Assembly: GCA_019828565.1 (NCBI GenBank)
Contig: JAHDYR010000020.1
Coordinates: forward strand, 1 to 64,000
Reading direction: 5' to 3'
DNA: 64,000 nucleotides
Origin: Carpediemonas membranifera BICM
Lineage: Eukaryota > Protista > Fornicata
Of this stretch, positions 42,952-53,180 are shown piece after piece; position 1 is the first letter of the stretch; each line of letters starts with the position of its first letter. The position numbers were made by a program, and so were the translations under genes. The notes beneath the pieces were generated by a model. The model did not search any database. It worked only from the letters and a program-made list of their open reading frames with translations, and was not told where the DNA came from.

Positions 42952-43030
42952 TGGCGTTGCTGGCTCAGTATTCAGAGCAAATGGCCCAGCAACCAGTGTC
43001 GACTCGAACGCAGTTTATTGCAGTCTACCT

Positions 43031-44047
43031 GGTCCAACAATGTGTTTATACTGCGCAACACTGCCATGTCTCCCTCCTACTCACGTCTTAAGTCGCCCCC
43101 GTCTCGGGACCAATAATGCCGAGGCTCCGCCCGCGCCGGATCCTGATGCCCACCTCATGGGGTTCGACCCGGGTGCGAGGTCCATCGGAGGGTATTACAT
43201 CAGGCACCCCGATGGCACCACCAGCTCCGGCGTCCTTCCAAAGTGCGGATACACTAAGACGCCAAGTTTCGGCTTTGATATGACGGCCGCGTTTTTCAAG
43301 AGCACAAGACTAGTGAGTATCAAAAACTCTATTAGGTTTGTGCTGGACAACGCGAACGACATTTTCGAGGCTGGAATGCGCAAGTCTTTCCGCCGAGTGC
43401 GCTTTGCGAACCACAACCTTCGCCAGAAGCACTTCGCCCGCTGCAGCCAACAGTTGGCTCGGGAGTTCGGTCGCCACCATCCCATCGCCACCCCCATTCG
43501 CCTGAAAGTCTTCTACGGGAGCTCGGGATTCACCACGCCTGCTGGTATGTTCATTCCTTGCGCGCCATATCGAAAGTTCGCGAGAGAGATAGTTCCCCTT
43601 CTCAAGGGGTATAACATTGTCGTCGATCTTAACATGGTTAACGAGGATCGCACCACCGTCGTCTGCCCTCACTGCCACGCCCCTGCAAGCGAGTTCGTCC
43701 GCGTGATGACCAGCACGTTCACCCACATCGTGTGATGCTCTGCGAAAATCGACAGTGCCGTGGTGCTCAGTGGCGCGCAACAGTTCCTGATGCTCTGAAT
43801 GTTGATCATCGGGACAAGAGTGCTGCAGAGAACATCCTGTGGCGTTCTCTTGCCACGGAAGATGAGCTCAGTGGCTCTCCATTCAGTCGCACATCGATCC
43901 CGCGTCTTCCAACATCATTCCAGCATCATCAATTGGCTAACCGCCACCATTCGTCTACGGACGGATTATGTTGTACAGTTTGGCACTTTGATCGTTCCTT
44001 TCAGGGCCTGTCTGGAGGGTCGAACAATGTGTTTATACTGCGCAACA
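43031..44047 (+). mobile_element. 5'-truncated Fanzor/TnpB element between 30 bp direct repeats
   Basis: ggtcSaacaatgtgtttatactgcgcaaca at 43031-43060 and 44018-44047 (1 mismatch) enclosing a RuvC ORF. Confidence 0.8.
43040..43900 (+). pseudogene. Fanzor1-like RNA-guided nuclease, RuvC/Zn-finger half only (frameshift near 43690)
   Basis: RuvC-I MGFDPG (D 43166), VFYG..GF, RuvC-II VNEDRTTVVCPHC (E 43643), CENRQC, RuvC-III HRDKSAAENIL (D 43813), terminal PFSR. The second frame stays open to 44181. Confidence 0.85.
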
Positions 44048-44549
44048 GAGGCGACGCAGTCCGCCAAATTGCTTCAATATCGACCGCTGCCAGGTGGGAG
44101 CTGTGTGTGTTTTATGTCCATTCAGCTTATCTAATCTTCCTTGACCCTTGTCCAGCGTGTCCATCTCTTGGGGATTCGTAAATTCACGGTCCTAGTACAT
44201 CACAAGTCATACCTCTCCACTCTCATCAGCCCGGCCGAGCAAGCCGTCGGAGCTGCTAACGCGGCCTTTTAATCTGGCAATGAGCCACCCCATGCCGCGC
44301 AGGGCGCGGTTTTGCTGCTGTTTACGTGATGAGCGGCCCTGCACCAGAGGGGGGCTGGTTCCCCAGGCGGGACCAGACGACACATGGGGCACCTGGTGGG
44401 TGGAGTATATCAGCACAACGACAGTGCACAATCTCGAGGTAGACGATAAAAAGCGGTCCATCGTCGCCTCGTATCCGGGGTAGTCGGGCTTCACCGATGC
44501 CGCTGTCAACCCCGGCATTGCCTCACTAACCTCGAGTAATTTAAGCCTC

Positions 44550-45272
44550 TTAACTGCGCTGCCCGAGCTCCTTTGCCTGGGTCAGGCTCGTCTTCCGGAG
44601 CTGGCGGTACTGCTCAACGATCGACTGCCGCTCCGCACTCTCCTTGGTCGTACTCTTATGCCGCGCCTCCTCCCGCTTTGTGAGCTCCTCCTGGTGCTTC
44701 CTCAGGAGTCGCGCCTCGCCGCTGATGTTGTGGAGGTCCCGGAAGTCGGGCGGGGCATTCGCCTGCTCGACGATGCCGATGATCTTGCTGTTTGTAGGGA
44801 ACGTCGGGATGCCGTCCTCGTCGAGCTCGAAGCCCTCCGGGGAGACCTTCGGCTTGTTCTTCTCGGCCCGGGCCCGCTTGGCCTCCCTTGCCTTCGCGAT
44901 CTTCTCCTTCTTGTAGTCCCGAAGCATGGTCTTCTTGCGGGTCATGTTCTTGTACCCAGACACCATGATCTGCCTGGTCTCGTCGTTCATGCGCTGCTCG
45001 AACTCGTGTTCAGTCTCACCCAGTTGCCGCGCCGATACAAGCTTTTGCTTCATCCTCTTCACTGTTTTTGGCTTTTTAACGGCCTCTTGCACTGCTAGGA
45101 GCCGCTTAAGGGAGTTCGGCATGTCATCTTTGCCCGTGGGCGCCCTATTGGCCTTGTCTGAGCCCGCACGGGGCATGAACTCGTCCGATTTCACCTTAGC
45201 GCGGTGCCCTCGTGGCTGATGACTGCTTCTGCCCGACTTCTTCTTGCCCGAGTCCGATTTGCCCTTCTTCAT
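44550..45272 (-). CDS. Lys-rich coiled-coil protein, CCDC137-like
   Basis: NRAP..DDMPNSLKRL, LGETEHEFEQRM, EQANAPP, ERQSIVEQYRQLRK. Confidence 0.65.
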   Translation of the reverse strand: MKKGKSDSGKKKSGRSSHQPRGHRAKVKSDEFMPRAGSDKANRAPTGKDDMPNSLKRLLAVQEAVKKPKTVKRMKQKLVSARQLGETEHEFEQRMNDETRQIMVSGYKNMTRKKTMLRDYKKEKIAKAREAKRARAEKNKPKVSPEGFELDEDGIPTFPTNSKIIGIVEQANAPPDFRDLHNISGEARLLRKHQEELTKREEARHKSTTKESAERQSIVEQYRQLRKTSLTQAKELGQRS

Positions 45273-45395
45273 TCGGCAACGTTCTCTCGGCGTGCACCTT
45301 AGCCGCACAACGTCACTTGTATGAATCCCCCACCCCACGGCTTCCTCGCCCACCGCCCGTCAGTAACCTCCTATTTACGCTATCGATACAACAGT

Positions 45396-46100
45396 CTACC
45401 CCCGCTGGGCCCTGAGGGCGCTGACCTGGGCGATGAGGGCCGCCCGCTCCTCCTCCACCTCGTCCAGCTGCTTGTGGGCCTCTGTATTGGCCAGTTTGGC
45501 CGCCTCGACCTTCGCCCTGAGGTCGTCGAGGTCCTCCTCCGCGGGGACGCTGACCTTGGCTAGTTCGGCCGTCAGCTTCGTAATCTCGTCCCGCAAGGGC
45601 TCCATCTCCGCCAAGAGCACGCGCTCCTCGTCCTTGAGCAGACCGAGCTTAGCCTGCGCGGCAGCGTGCTCGCTCTTGACTGTTTGGATCTGCATTTTCA
45701 TCCGCTCCACCTCCCGCTCGGACCCGGCGCTCTTGAGCTCCATGAGGCGGGTAAGCTGGCTCAGGATCACCGCATAGTTCTCGCGGGCGCGGTAGAGGTG
45801 CTGGTCGTGGCGTGCTCGCGCCTCGTGGATATCCTCGACGAGTGTATCGTGGCGGGCCCTGGCGCGGTGGAAGAGCTCGATCAGATCCCGGTTGAAGATC
45901 TTATCCAGGTGCTTGTTCTCATACAGCGACAGGATGGACGCGAGCGGCGTGTCCTCGGCGTCGAAGTTGAGATGATCAGCCTGGGTCTCGGTGTTGGTCT
46001 CACGGAGAGTTTCCAGGATCTCGCGGTATATGGAATCTATCTTACGATCAAGGTGGTCGTTCTCTGTCTGCAGAACGGCCACGTCTGGTGGTGCCTCCAT
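45396..46100 (-). CDS. Coiled-coil hypothetical protein
   Basis: 234 aa ATG ORF with heptad periodicity and host-like codon usage. Confidence 0.8.
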   Translation of the reverse strand: MEAPPDVAVLQTENDHLDRKIDSIYREILETLRETNTETQADHLNFDAEDTPLASILSLYENKHLDKIFNRDLIELFHRARARHDTLVEDIHEARARHDQHLYRARENYAVILSQLTRLMELKSAGSEREVERMKMQIQTVKSEHAAAQAKLGLLKDEERVLLAEMEPLRDEITKLTAELAKVSVPAEEDLDDLRAKVEAAKLANTEAHKQLDEVEEERAALIAQVSALRAQRG

Positions 46101-46560
46101 CGTTGAGAATTTTGAAACTCAGGCTGCAGTCGGGCGACGACGAGCTGACCGCATGTACATGTCAGGAGAGATTCTCGTAGCTATCGTGAACTCGGCGAGG
46201 TTTGTTTTGGCTTGGGCGGCATCTCGTCGCGCCCCACTTGACCGTGAGTGAAGCAAGGGCCGCCTCTCCCCAGCAGGCTGGCTGTCTGGATGATGGCTGC
46301 CACGCTCAATCATTCAGACAGACTTTACATATTTAATCTGGTATGGTGTATGTATATAAACTGTCAGCCGACTTGGCCTACATCCGAAGGCGTGTTCCGA
46401 AAGTCCAACCCGCTGGCTTCGAGTTGGGTCAAAAGGGGGCATGCTCTCTTGATCCTCGAGCGCCCTTTGTGGTGCAGCCTCAAGTCTCCCAGCTAATGAG
46501 TCCAGGAGGACGTCAGCGAGGCCTTTTCTGACTCGTGGATGGTGAAGCGAATTTACAACA

Positions 46561-47496
46561 TTAGCGCCAGTCCCGCTTGAGCTTCTTCTCAACCATGGTC
46601 TGCAGCATCTGGAGCTGGGCCTGACTCAGCTCGGGCAGCAGGGTCACCACCGCATGGAACACGGCGTCCTGTCTTGCAAAGTCCTCACCGTCGACCCTCA
46701 GCTCCCGCGACGAAGACTGCCGGTCAAGCGGCTGCCGCTCCACGGGCTGCCGGACTGGGTTCGGGGCGTGGGAGATGACATGGCCTGGTGGTGGCCCGCC
46801 GACTGACTGCCTCGAGTCGGATCTGCCGACTGTGGCCCGGACCCGGGCTGCCGGCATCTGGGCGATGACCCTCTCCGGCATGGCTGACGGGGGAAGGTCA
46901 GACGTCATCGACTGGATCGCATGGCCCTGAGGGGGTGGGGCGAAGTGCGACTCGGGCGCCTTGAATGCCTCGCGGCGGGGGTCCGGGTCTGCCCGGGGCG
47001 CCATGGCGGGGGTCACCTCCTCAACTGACATGCCGGTGCCTGCCGGCTGCTCGCGGTCTGCTGGGATCCTGACAGCGTTGGTGAGCCCGGCGGCGCGGGC
47101 ATTCCGGCGCTCCTCGTCCTCAATCGGCTTGTCGTCGAGCTTCTCGAGGTTCTGGAGGTTGGCGATCACGAATTTGCGGTAATCTGGCTTCTGGGCGATG
47201 GGATTGTCACTGAGCCAGAGTGTTTTGAGGCCGGACAGCTTCGTGAGGTAGAGGATCTCATACAGCTCCTGGACCTTGTTCCTACGGAGATAGAGCTCTC
47301 GGAGCTTTGGGCAAAATGAGAAATCACATAGTGTGTCGATATTATTCACGGATAGGCTGAGGACTTCCACGTTTTTCATCTGGCGGACAACAGAAACGTC
47401 ACTGAGGTCATTTCCCCAGATATTCAAGTTGCGTACTTGTCCAAGATCTGACACCTTTGTTCGGCTGATGATCATATTCGTTGTTAGCGTGCCCAT
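46561..47496 (-). CDS. CFAP410: Cilia- and flagella-associated LRR protein CFAP410/C21orf2
   Basis: LNIWGNDLSDVS...VEVLSLSVNNI...LRELYLRRN, LRRcap, C-terminal AVVTLLPELS helix. Confidence 0.88.
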   Translation of the reverse strand: MGTLTTNMIISRTKVSDLGQVRNLNIWGNDLSDVSVVRQMKNVEVLSLSVNNIDTLCDFSFCPKLRELYLRRNKVQELYEILYLTKLSGLKTLWLSDNPIAQKPDYRKFVIANLQNLEKLDDKPIEDEERRNARAAGLTNAVRIPADREQPAGTGMSVEEVTPAMAPRADPDPRREAFKAPESHFAPPPQGHAIQSMTSDLPPSAMPERVIAQMPAARVRATVGRSDSRQSVGGPPPGHVISHAPNPVRQPVERQPLDRQSSSRELRVDGEDFARQDAVFHAVVTLLPELSQAQLQMLQTMVEKKLKRDWR

Positions 47497-47658
47497 TTTG
47501 GTGTTTTCACCTCGTTGTTTGTGGCACGCAGGATAAGCCCAAAAATTCGAATTTGGCCGTGCGCTGCGCAGACCCTCAGCTTGGCCATCGTTTGACTCCC
47601 GCAGAGCTCCAATAGCTCTACAAGAACTGAGTGATTTATCTAGAATGGCAATGCGGCC

Positions 47659-48932
47659 CTAGAACCTGGACCGATGAGCCCGGGGGTGCCGCACAGAGTG
47701 GGTCCGGGTCGACTCAAGGCCGCCACGGGACGAGCAGAACGCCTTGAGTGGCGAGGGCGGCACGCTGGGCGGGCTATCGACAGTGGCAGGGGAATCCGAG
47801 CCGTGGCCGCCCGAGCTGCCGCGGACCCAGCCCCGGTCCAACGACGGCAGCCGGGCGAATGACCTGGTCCGCGTGGAGTCGCCTGTCCGGGATGTGATGA
47901 GGGGGACGGCCTCTGCCGGCGTGGACACGGAGGGCAGCTGCACGTGAGACAGCGTCGAGGGGCGGGATGGCCTCCGGGTCTCGGGGAAGCTGGACGACAG
48001 CGGAGGCTGGCCCATGCCGTGGGCGTAGAGGCCGGTCGTCGGCCGGTACAGGGACGGCTGGGAGTCGCAGCACCAGTCGTATTCAGCCCCCGGAGACAGC
48101 CCGCGGGCCCTCATCACGTCCAAGAACATGGCCTGGACCTTACCATGGTCGACCCGGTCGGTGAAGTCGAGGCTCTTGATGTACGTCAGCAGCTTCTCGA
48201 AGCACCCGGGCAGGCCTGATGTGAGCGTGTCGTGGGTGGTGCACCGGCTCTTGGCCTCACCGATCCTGTCTCTGTCCTTGAGCCTGCGCCAGGGCAGGAA
48301 GCCTGTGAGCATCTCGATCATGAGATAGAGGAGAGACCAATAGTCGTCCCGGGGCGCCAGGTCCTTGCACTGGTGGGAGGCCACGGATGCGTATCTAGCG
48401 GTGCCCCTGAAGCCCGGGCACTCCCGCTCAGGCAGGAGCTGGCCGGCTTCGTCAACATTGCGGCGGGACAGCCCGAAGTCGATGATGTAGACCCGGTTGT
48501 TGTTGTGGCCGAGGACGAAGTTCGACGGCTTGACGTCTCTGTGGACGTAGCCCGCGGCGTGGACGTCCCTTATACAGCTGGTCATCGATACTCCGAGCTT
48601 CAGCGTGGTGCTCAAGGAGAAGCGCTGCTCGGGTCGGGACTTCCGCAAGACGCCTAGGTTTGGCCCACACAAGGACATGATCATGAAATTGAACGACTTT
48701 GTGGTCCCGCAGGTGATGTAAGTGGGCACGGATGGGCAGTTTCGCACTTTGCGGAGGAAGGAAACCTCGATTTTGAGCACTGAACGCTTTGAGCTTCGCC
48801 GTTCGAGCTTTACGGCGAAACTTTCGTTTGTCTCGAGATCAACGGCCTCGTATATTTGCCCAAATGCCCCTTGTCCTAAAGACTTGACGAGTTTCCAACG
48901 CTCTTTCAATATAGAGTTGTTTGCTATCATAA
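47659..48932 (-). CDS. CK1-family kinase, tau-tubulin-kinase-like
   Basis: GQGAFG, AVKLE, HRDVKPSN, DFG, GFRGTARYAS; start taken at MIANN (ORF is open to 49071). Confidence 0.9.
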
Positions 48933-49566
48933 ATGGTGTCTCTACGTTGCTATTTGTTCCTATGAGTGTTTGCAGGAAGCTGGAAAATGTGAATTGGGCA
49001 CTTCTTCTGTCACTCACCCAATAGATCTCGTTGTATCTGAGATAATCTGCGGATGCCAGGACGCATGACATGTCGGTCTAAACTTTGCTCCAGTGCTCTC
49101 ACACCGTCCTACCGGCGCGAGTGGAACGAGTCCGGGGCAGTGTTATCGCACATGTCATTGTAAAATACGGCACAATTTGGAAGATTTGAGCGTATATTCG
49201 GGATATTGTCTTAGATATGTGAGGCTATAAGCAGCGTTGCTGATATGTAGATATTAACAGGCATGATGCCGCTTGATGCATGCCTTTGATCGAGTTAGAT
49301 ACGGTCCGAATCAAAGGTGAATCGAAGAAAATCAAGGGTCGATGGATGGTGTGAGTGCATGAAGGCATGGTTTCAGCCATGTCTCATAGGCGGGTGGGCA
49401 AGGTGGGCAACGCCGACCAAAGTCGAAGTTTGACTTGCCTTGAACTTGAGAGCCACCACCACATTTCACCATCCAACTAATGACTCAAATGCGACTCGGT
49501 GGCCGACGTGCGATATTTATCGCACAATATCATACTTGTAGCGTGCTATATACCATGTGCCCAGCC

Positions 49567-50388
49567 CTACCGGAACCCCAGGCTTGTGTGTGCCCTCAGC
49601 ATCGGCTCCGCGTCCCTGGCCAGCCGTGGCTCCACCAGAGGCACAGACTCGGACCGCGGAGCAGGGTTCTCGACGAGCCCAAGGTCTATGGCAAGGGCGG
49701 TGTCCCTCACTGCCGTGGGGCGGACTGACTCGCGGATGGACGCCAGGGTGAAGAGGTTCGACACAAGTACACGGGCCGTGGCTGGGTCAGACTGGGTCGA
49801 CAGCACGGCGTACAGCACCACCGCGGCATGGGCCTGGTTCGAGTCGGACGAGGAGTTGGCGACAATGGCTGCCAGAACCTCGGACGCGCCACGCTCAGCT
49901 ATGGCACGAAGGCCAATTGGCCTGGCGGATACGTTATAGACAATACCGAGCAGGGTTCTGACTGTGGCAACTGGGAGGGGCATTCCTAGTAGTGCGACCA
50001 GGACATCCAGGGCCGTGTGGTGCCGGGAGAGCGTCTGGACCACGTGAGCGTGAGAGGTGGCGTTTCTAAGAACTGCCAGAGCAAGCATTGTCCGCGCTGG
50101 CACGGATCTGACGAGGTTGTCGCGCTTGATCTTTCCGAGGGCGCCGAGGCATAGTTTCACCCCATTGTGCTGCGAAAAGAAGAGTTTCCCCTTTGATTCC
50201 GTACATAGAGCCTGTAGAATAGTTAATGTCCTGTCAAGGTCCGCTCCCTTTCCGTGTTTGATGAGAAGACGAACAAAATCTGGCGTTTCGAGCAGAATCT
50301 GGCGCTGTTCTCCACATGAGTACTTAATCAGGTCATCTAAGAGTAATACTAGCAAGCCAGCGCCCCTAAGGCGCGATAGAACTGCCAT
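49567..50388 (-). CDS. Armadillo-like helical repeat protein
   Basis: ALAVLRNA, LLGIVYNVS, GASEVLAAIV repeats. Confidence 0.65.
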   Translation of the reverse strand: MAVLSRLRGAGLLVLLLDDLIKYSCGEQRQILLETPDFVRLLIKHGKGADLDRTLTILQALCTESKGKLFFSQHNGVKLCLGALGKIKRDNLVRSVPARTMLALAVLRNATSHAHVVQTLSRHHTALDVLVALLGMPLPVATVRTLLGIVYNVSARPIGLRAIAERGASEVLAAIVANSSSDSNQAHAAVVLYAVLSTQSDPATARVLVSNLFTLASIRESVRPTAVRDTALAIDLGLVENPAPRSESVPLVEPRLARDAEPMLRAHTSLGFR

Positions 50389-50492
50389 ACTTCATGTCGT
50401 CGTTTCGTCGGACCCGTACGTGACCGTAAACATACATAAACACCACCACATAATGCCCACCCTGCAGTTCATACGAGCTATTTACGAGTGTA

Positions 50493-51083
50493 TCACTTGC
50501 CCTTGGGCGCGGGACGGAGGGAAGACGCAGTGACGGTCTTCGTCAGGTCGACCTTGAACTGAACAGGCGCCATCTGGATCTTGGCGCGCTTGTCCTTGAC
50601 GATGAGGGTGGCGACACCCATGTCGAGCTTGAAGTCGAGGTCTCTAGTGATGAGGTCGATGAATTCCTTGAGGATCCTCTTGACGGTGGTGTCGCAGGTC
50701 TTCCTGTCGGATCCGATGTTCTGGCCGATGGTGGCGTAGTTCATGGGAGCGAGGCCGGGGAACTTCTCGAAGATAGAGCCCGTGAAGATGTTGTCGATCT
50801 CTGGCGAGGGGCGAATGTTGTTCTTGTCGATCAAGTTCCGGTCCAGAATGAAGCGGAGCTCGCGCCTACCACCTTTAGGGGAAGAGGGATCGTTAATAGG
50901 CTCAAAGACAAAGTAGCCAAGGGGACGGAAGCCCACACCAAGGCCATTGCTCACTTGCTCCTTGATATACTCAACGGTTCCATCCCAGATGTCGTGAAGA
51001 GAGTTGTAGTATGCTTGCTTATCCTTCACACCAGGATCATTAATAATGCGTTCAATAAGGTCGTCAACGGTAAGCCAGGACAT
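50493..51083 (-). CDS. CCDC81-type eukaryotic HU-domain protein
   Basis: IWDGTVEYIKEQVSNGLGVGFRPLGYFVF and a second HU-like unit MNYATIG...LDMGVATL. Confidence 0.7.
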   Translation of the reverse strand: MSWLTVDDLIERIINDPGVKDKQAYYNSLHDIWDGTVEYIKEQVSNGLGVGFRPLGYFVFEPINDPSSPKGGRRELRFILDRNLIDKNNIRPSPEIDNIFTGSIFEKFPGLAPMNYATIGQNIGSDRKTCDTTVKRILKEFIDLITRDLDFKLDMGVATLIVKDKRAKIQMAPVQFKVDLTKTVTASSLRPAPKGK

Positions 51084-51360
51084 CAGAAAATGTCGTGAGC
51101 AAAAAACGGCGGTGCAGGATAAGCCCCATTTGTGCTATTGAAGGGTCAAACAATTCTAATCCTGCGCGGCACAATTTATTGACCCTGAAGGAGAAGCTGG
51201 CACGGAGGGCCAAGCTAAAGGGGGGCAGCAGAAGAAAGTTCACCACGGTCGTGATAAAAACTTGGAATTTTCGGGGATTCCGGACTTGTACCGGGTCCAG
51301 ACGAGCGCCGGTCCTGCCGACCCACGCCATTCAGACGAGTAACGGCTTCATTTATCGACC

Positions 51361-52362
51361 TTATGCCTTCTTCCCCTCCTTCTTTCCCTTGACGCGCTCA
51401 CCCTCGCCGTCGCTGCGGATGTCACCCCGCACGGTGCCCTTGACAATGCCCCAGCACATGCGGATAATCATCCACATCCAGGCCAGGTGGAGCGTGTAGA
51501 GGCCCCAGAAGAAGCCGACGAACGCTTTGTGCAGGAACATGTCGCCGCCGTTGAGGGCGTTGCCGTATTGGGTGATCGGCAGGAAGATGTGCTTTGGGAG
51601 CATGTAGATGCGGGTGTAGGCGAAGGAAGCGGCGAACATGACAAACGGGATGCCTGTGTCAATGAGCGTCGTGGTACAAACCAGAGAGGGGGTCGCCCAC
51701 AACGTAATGGACTAGCTTGGAGCCCTCGAGGAAAATGTCGGTAAAGTCGTGGAAGGCGATGGTCTGCAGGAAGAGCTTGTACTGCCCCTTACCGACGAAG
51801 GCCATGGTCATGAGGGAAAGGGTGATGATGTGGTGCGTGAGCATGATTGGAATGTCCTTGTGCTTGTTGCGGACATCGGAGAACATGAGCATGAGCGAGG
51901 TGATGTAGTGGCTCAGCTCCGCATACATGACGAAATAGGCCCAGAAAGAAATGTTGGTGCTATCTGTGTAGACTTCGACCGGGCTAAACATGTAGCCGTC
52001 GTAGATGGCGGTGGTCGCGGAGATGATGAAGAAGGACGTGTACGTCACGAAGAAGAGGAGGGACTCGGAGAACTTGGCGGCGTCCTTCAGCTTGAGGCCG
52101 AAGAGGTTGCCGAGTCGGAAGCCGAAAGCTTTGGTGAGTGAACGGTAACTGCATTGGAATAGGAAGCGGAAACGAACATAAGGAACACGGGGACAAAAAC
52201 AGAAAGAACGATGGCAACTGACTTGAAATCGGACGGTTGCGTGTAAAAATAGGGCTTAAATTGGGCCCAGGCGTGCTCAATCTGGGGGAAAGTAAGGAGC
52301 TTGGTCTCGGCAATCTGAGACCACTCACTAATAACGGCGTAGTACCGCTCAAACGGTTCCAT
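51361..52362 (-). CDS. Ceramide synthase (Lag1/TLC domain), with introns at 52149-52177 and 51654-51681
   Basis: Lag1 motif KHKD...THHIIT...FHDFTDIFLE; removing 29 nt and 28 nt GT-AG introns joins the three ORF pieces in frame. Confidence 0.88.
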
Positions 52363-52725
52363 GGCGACTTTTGGCGCAATCGATGATCGTGTCATAAACT
52401 GCATTTCTGAGTTCGTCAAGCGAATCTGATCTGACAAGCAGATACAGCTATCAAACCTGAATACCTGATGACCCACAGATTCACATTCCTCACTTGCCGG
52501 TCATGTGGCTCCCATCGCCGCGGAGCAGCAGATCCACCGAGACCCAGTGGCTTCGTTTGAGACTGACCACCCGGCGCGACCAGAGCTTTGACCGAGTTAA
52601 GTCCATTCAGTGATTGAAGATCATAAACACACCCCTTACATGCCTCAGGCAGCACAATTGGACACATCCCTTTAATCAACAGAAGGCATGAGGCGCTTCT
52701 AGCACACGAATCAATCCATTTAACC

Positions 52726-53180
52726 CTACAGCACCAGATGCTGAACCTTCCTGAACGAGGGCCGGCCCCGCGCCGTCGGGATCGACGCAGCCACGCCACG
52801 CCAGGGTGCCTCCTGCCGTTGTACCTCGAACACAACCTCCGTCGAGCCCATGCCAAAGGTAACCTCGGGACAGTCGAGATCTACGTCATCGTCTAGATCC
52901 TCATTCATATATGTATCTTCGCAAATCGTATCTCCAGATTGGACGATATTTCCAGTTGGCGGGAAAGGGAAATGAACTCGACGCCGTCCATGAGCTTGAG
53001 GTCTTGGGCTGGGGTCCATATGACTCCGTTCGACTCGCCTGGGTCGAGCACAAGGGGCGGGGGAGGCGCTATTTGTTTCACACAATCGTATTCTTCGTCC
53101 ATCTCTTTTCTTCGACGTTTTCCGGCAGTGAAATAATTCCGCACGAGTTGCCGACTTGCCCAGTCAACCGACCTCCTCAA
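52726..53180 (-). CDS. Small hypothetical protein with a frame change near 52930
   Basis: Overlapping 91 aa and 119 aa ORFs with a protein-like acidic tail; no recognised motif. Confidence 0.3.

Noticed and set aside
42911-43039. N-terminal extension of the Fanzor ORF from the ORF track
   Set aside because: Non-ATG start, overlaps the phosphatase gene and lies outside the direct repeat.
43693-43713. Micro-intron explaining the Fanzor frameshift
   Set aside because: The GTTCG...CAG candidate is 21 nt and keeps the frame; the frame-restoring alternative is only 17 nt, so a single-base indel is likelier.
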